From positions 372,001 through 436,000 of the forward strand of contig JALMLS010000353.1 of the NCBI GenBank assembly GCA_038496445.1: a DNA stretch of 64,000 nucleotides. Reading direction: 5' to 3'. The position numbers and the translations under genes are program-made. Of the stretch, positions 62,038 to 64,000 are shown in pieces; the first letter of the stretch is position 1, and each line of letters starts with the position of its first letter. Below the pieces are notes generated by a model. That model worked only from the letters and a program-made list of their open reading frames with translations, had not been told where the DNA came from and ran no database searches. The stretch comes from Trichosphaerium sp. ATCC 40318 (lineage: Eukaryota; Protista; Tubulinea).

Positions 62038-63834
62038 CTATGTTTCATAATTAAAATTCAAATCAAGTGCGTAAGCAGCATCATCTTCAATTAGCGACGA
62101 ATCTGGCTCTGAAGAAGTGTTCGTCCAAGATTTGTTGAGTTGCTATTTGGGTAGTGAGTATTTTTTGCATGAAATAAAAGGATATTGTGCGTACCACTTT
62201 GCTCTGCAAGTTTTGTGCATGAATTTGAAAGTTCTTTGACATTGGAATCTTATCCGCTTCCATTTCTTCCAATAACTCGAACGCTTCATCGTATCTCTCG
62301 TATTTTTCAAATCCTTTGAACAAAGTCAAGTAGCTCGCCGAATTGGGGTAAACATCTGGTGTCGCTTTTAATTCTTTGTGAACTTCAATTGCACCATCGA
62401 CATCTCCGCTAGCTATATAGGTGTGTATCAACACAGTGAATGTGTAAACGGTAGGAGCAATTTTTAGTTGTAGCATGTCGGTATATGTTGAAAATGCAGC
62501 TTGTAGCGAAATCTTTGCCATAGCATTTATCAACGTAGTATAATGAACAACAGTTGGGCTATACCCGTCCTTCTTCATATCATTGATGATTTGTTGCGCA
62601 TTGATGTGATTGCCTAGAAAGCTATGGACCACCAGAAGTTCTAAGTATGTTACTTCATCGTATTCGATGTTCATATCTTTCATTTTTTGTGCGATTATAA
62701 GTGCTTTGTCAAGCGATTTTGTTCCTTCAAGGTGTTTAGTTTCCTTATATTTCATTCTCAACAGCCGCAATACACAATTATAGACAACTGTGTTCGGGTT
62801 TAAGTCTATTTTGACCATGTCATCATAAAAAGCAAGACCGTCAGTGAACTTGTTCATTTTTGTGCATGCGCTAATAATGATAGAATAAGTAAGGCAATCT
62901 GGTGTTTCGCCTCGTGACACCATGACTTTATATATCTCGTGTATTCTATCCAATTGTCGAAAGTGAGCGTAAACTGAAATCAATGTATCATAGCCGACTT
63001 TGTTGGGGTCCATGCGTTTTTCGCGCATTTCTTCTACTATTTTTAAAGCTTCTTTTGTTTCACCTTGTAATAACCGGTTAGACAAACGAAGTTTTTTCAA
63101 GCAAAAGAAAAAAAAAATAGTGATGGGAGTACCTTGAGCCATGTGCATCTGTATCATGTATATGCGTGTTTGACTATCAGGCCTAACGACTTTGGATTGT
63201 TTAATTTCTTTAACAAGCTTCAGGCCTTTGTGTAAGTCTGCGTTATTTTTTGAGTATACGTGTAGCAAAGAATTGTAAATGCCAATGCTAGGTTTCAGGC
63301 CGTCACTGACCATAGCCTTTAGGTAATACTGAGCGTGATCACTATCATTCCGTCCAACAGCAGCGATAAGCGCAGCATATGCGATGACATCGAGCTTGAT
63401 TTTGTTTTTGCGCATCCTGTCATAAACGGAAATGGCTTTTTTACCTAACCCTTTTTTTCCGTACTCAGAGATCATGGTAGTGAGAACAACAAGCGGTGGC
63501 CGCGTATAACCGTTATCCATCATTCGTACGATCAAATCTATATTATTGACGCCCCCTTCCGCATTGAGTGCAGCACGAAGAAGGTTGACATAAAAAAAGT
63601 CATCTACTTCATCTTTGGGTATTGAGTTTATAAGCGTTTCCACTTGACTCCTCGTTTTGGCAACATTAGCCAGGAAGGTGTATATTTTAACTGTTGGTTT
63701 TTTAAAACGCTGCATTTCTTTGTACGCCAAATCGAAGTCCTTGATTTGTGGCATAACCTTAAAAAATATTCTGGCCAATTGCGTGTCATTCGCATTTGGT
63801 TTCCGTGTAAGTCTTAGTTCCCGCAACACTGCTT
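62038..63834 (-). CDS. Pentatricopeptide-repeat (PPR) protein; 5' end not resolved
   Basis: Many 35-aa repeats (e.g. VIAYAALIAAVG...M...GLKP, VVHYTTLINAMAK, VYTFTVLIHTY...GDVDGA). In-frame intron ~63064-63132. Splice acceptor at ~63835. Confidence 0.9.
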
Positions 63835-64000
63835 CTGTAACAAACCAAGTGTTAGAAACAGTCGTTTGGTGATGTCATTTTGTTGGGAGAAAATAACAAA
63901 TTAAAAGCCTTGTAACTACGCCAAAACGCGATGAAGCGCCAGCTACATCATTGTTTTAAACATAATTTTGTTTTTGGGCAAATAGACACCGTTTTGATTT

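Noticed and set aside
1-64000. Non-standard genetic code as the cause of fragmented ORFs
   Set aside because: Stops map to introns, conserved proteins splice cleanly, and TAA, TAG and TGA all terminate genes.

Overview
Compact, AT-rich, intron-dense eukaryotic nuclear DNA. A free-living amoebozoan-type protist is inferred from the Frizzled/Smoothened-like GPCR, several G-alpha genes, an HMG-CoA synthase with a PTS1-like end, and short introns (most of those I parsed are ~40-60 nt). The standard genetic code fits throughout, and most short ORFs in the supplied track are exon fragments or antisense shadows. By hand-splicing I reconstruct about 25 protein genes: LMBR1-like, two G-alphas, Fsl GPCR, four F-box fusions, a secreted Cys-rich peptide, a large alpha-solenoid protein, ABHD17, PAL, a RING E3, RSM22/METTL17, PEX10, a DUF836 glutaredoxin, an aldose epimerase, ERCC6L2, an NT-C2 protein, an RGS-RGS-penta-EF protein, HMG-CoA synthase, BCAS3 and a PPR protein. 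There are also two decaying paralogous pseudogenes, one intronic tRNA and MITE-like elements. The most unusual signals are: (1) a fixed-spacing GGGG-N10-NTTAAG-N6-CACTTAAY array with downstream structured elements between two convergent genes (10.4-11.5 kb); (2) a G-alpha lacking both catalytic residues with a probable C-terminal membrane anchor; (3) U12-type introns, including an AT-AC intron; (4) an RGS-RGS-penta-EF-hand fusion; (5) an intronless tRNA-Tyr with a His/Gln-like body inside an intron; (6) strong window-wide enrichment of CACGTG. All exon boundaries were assigned by eye and no database searches were run.
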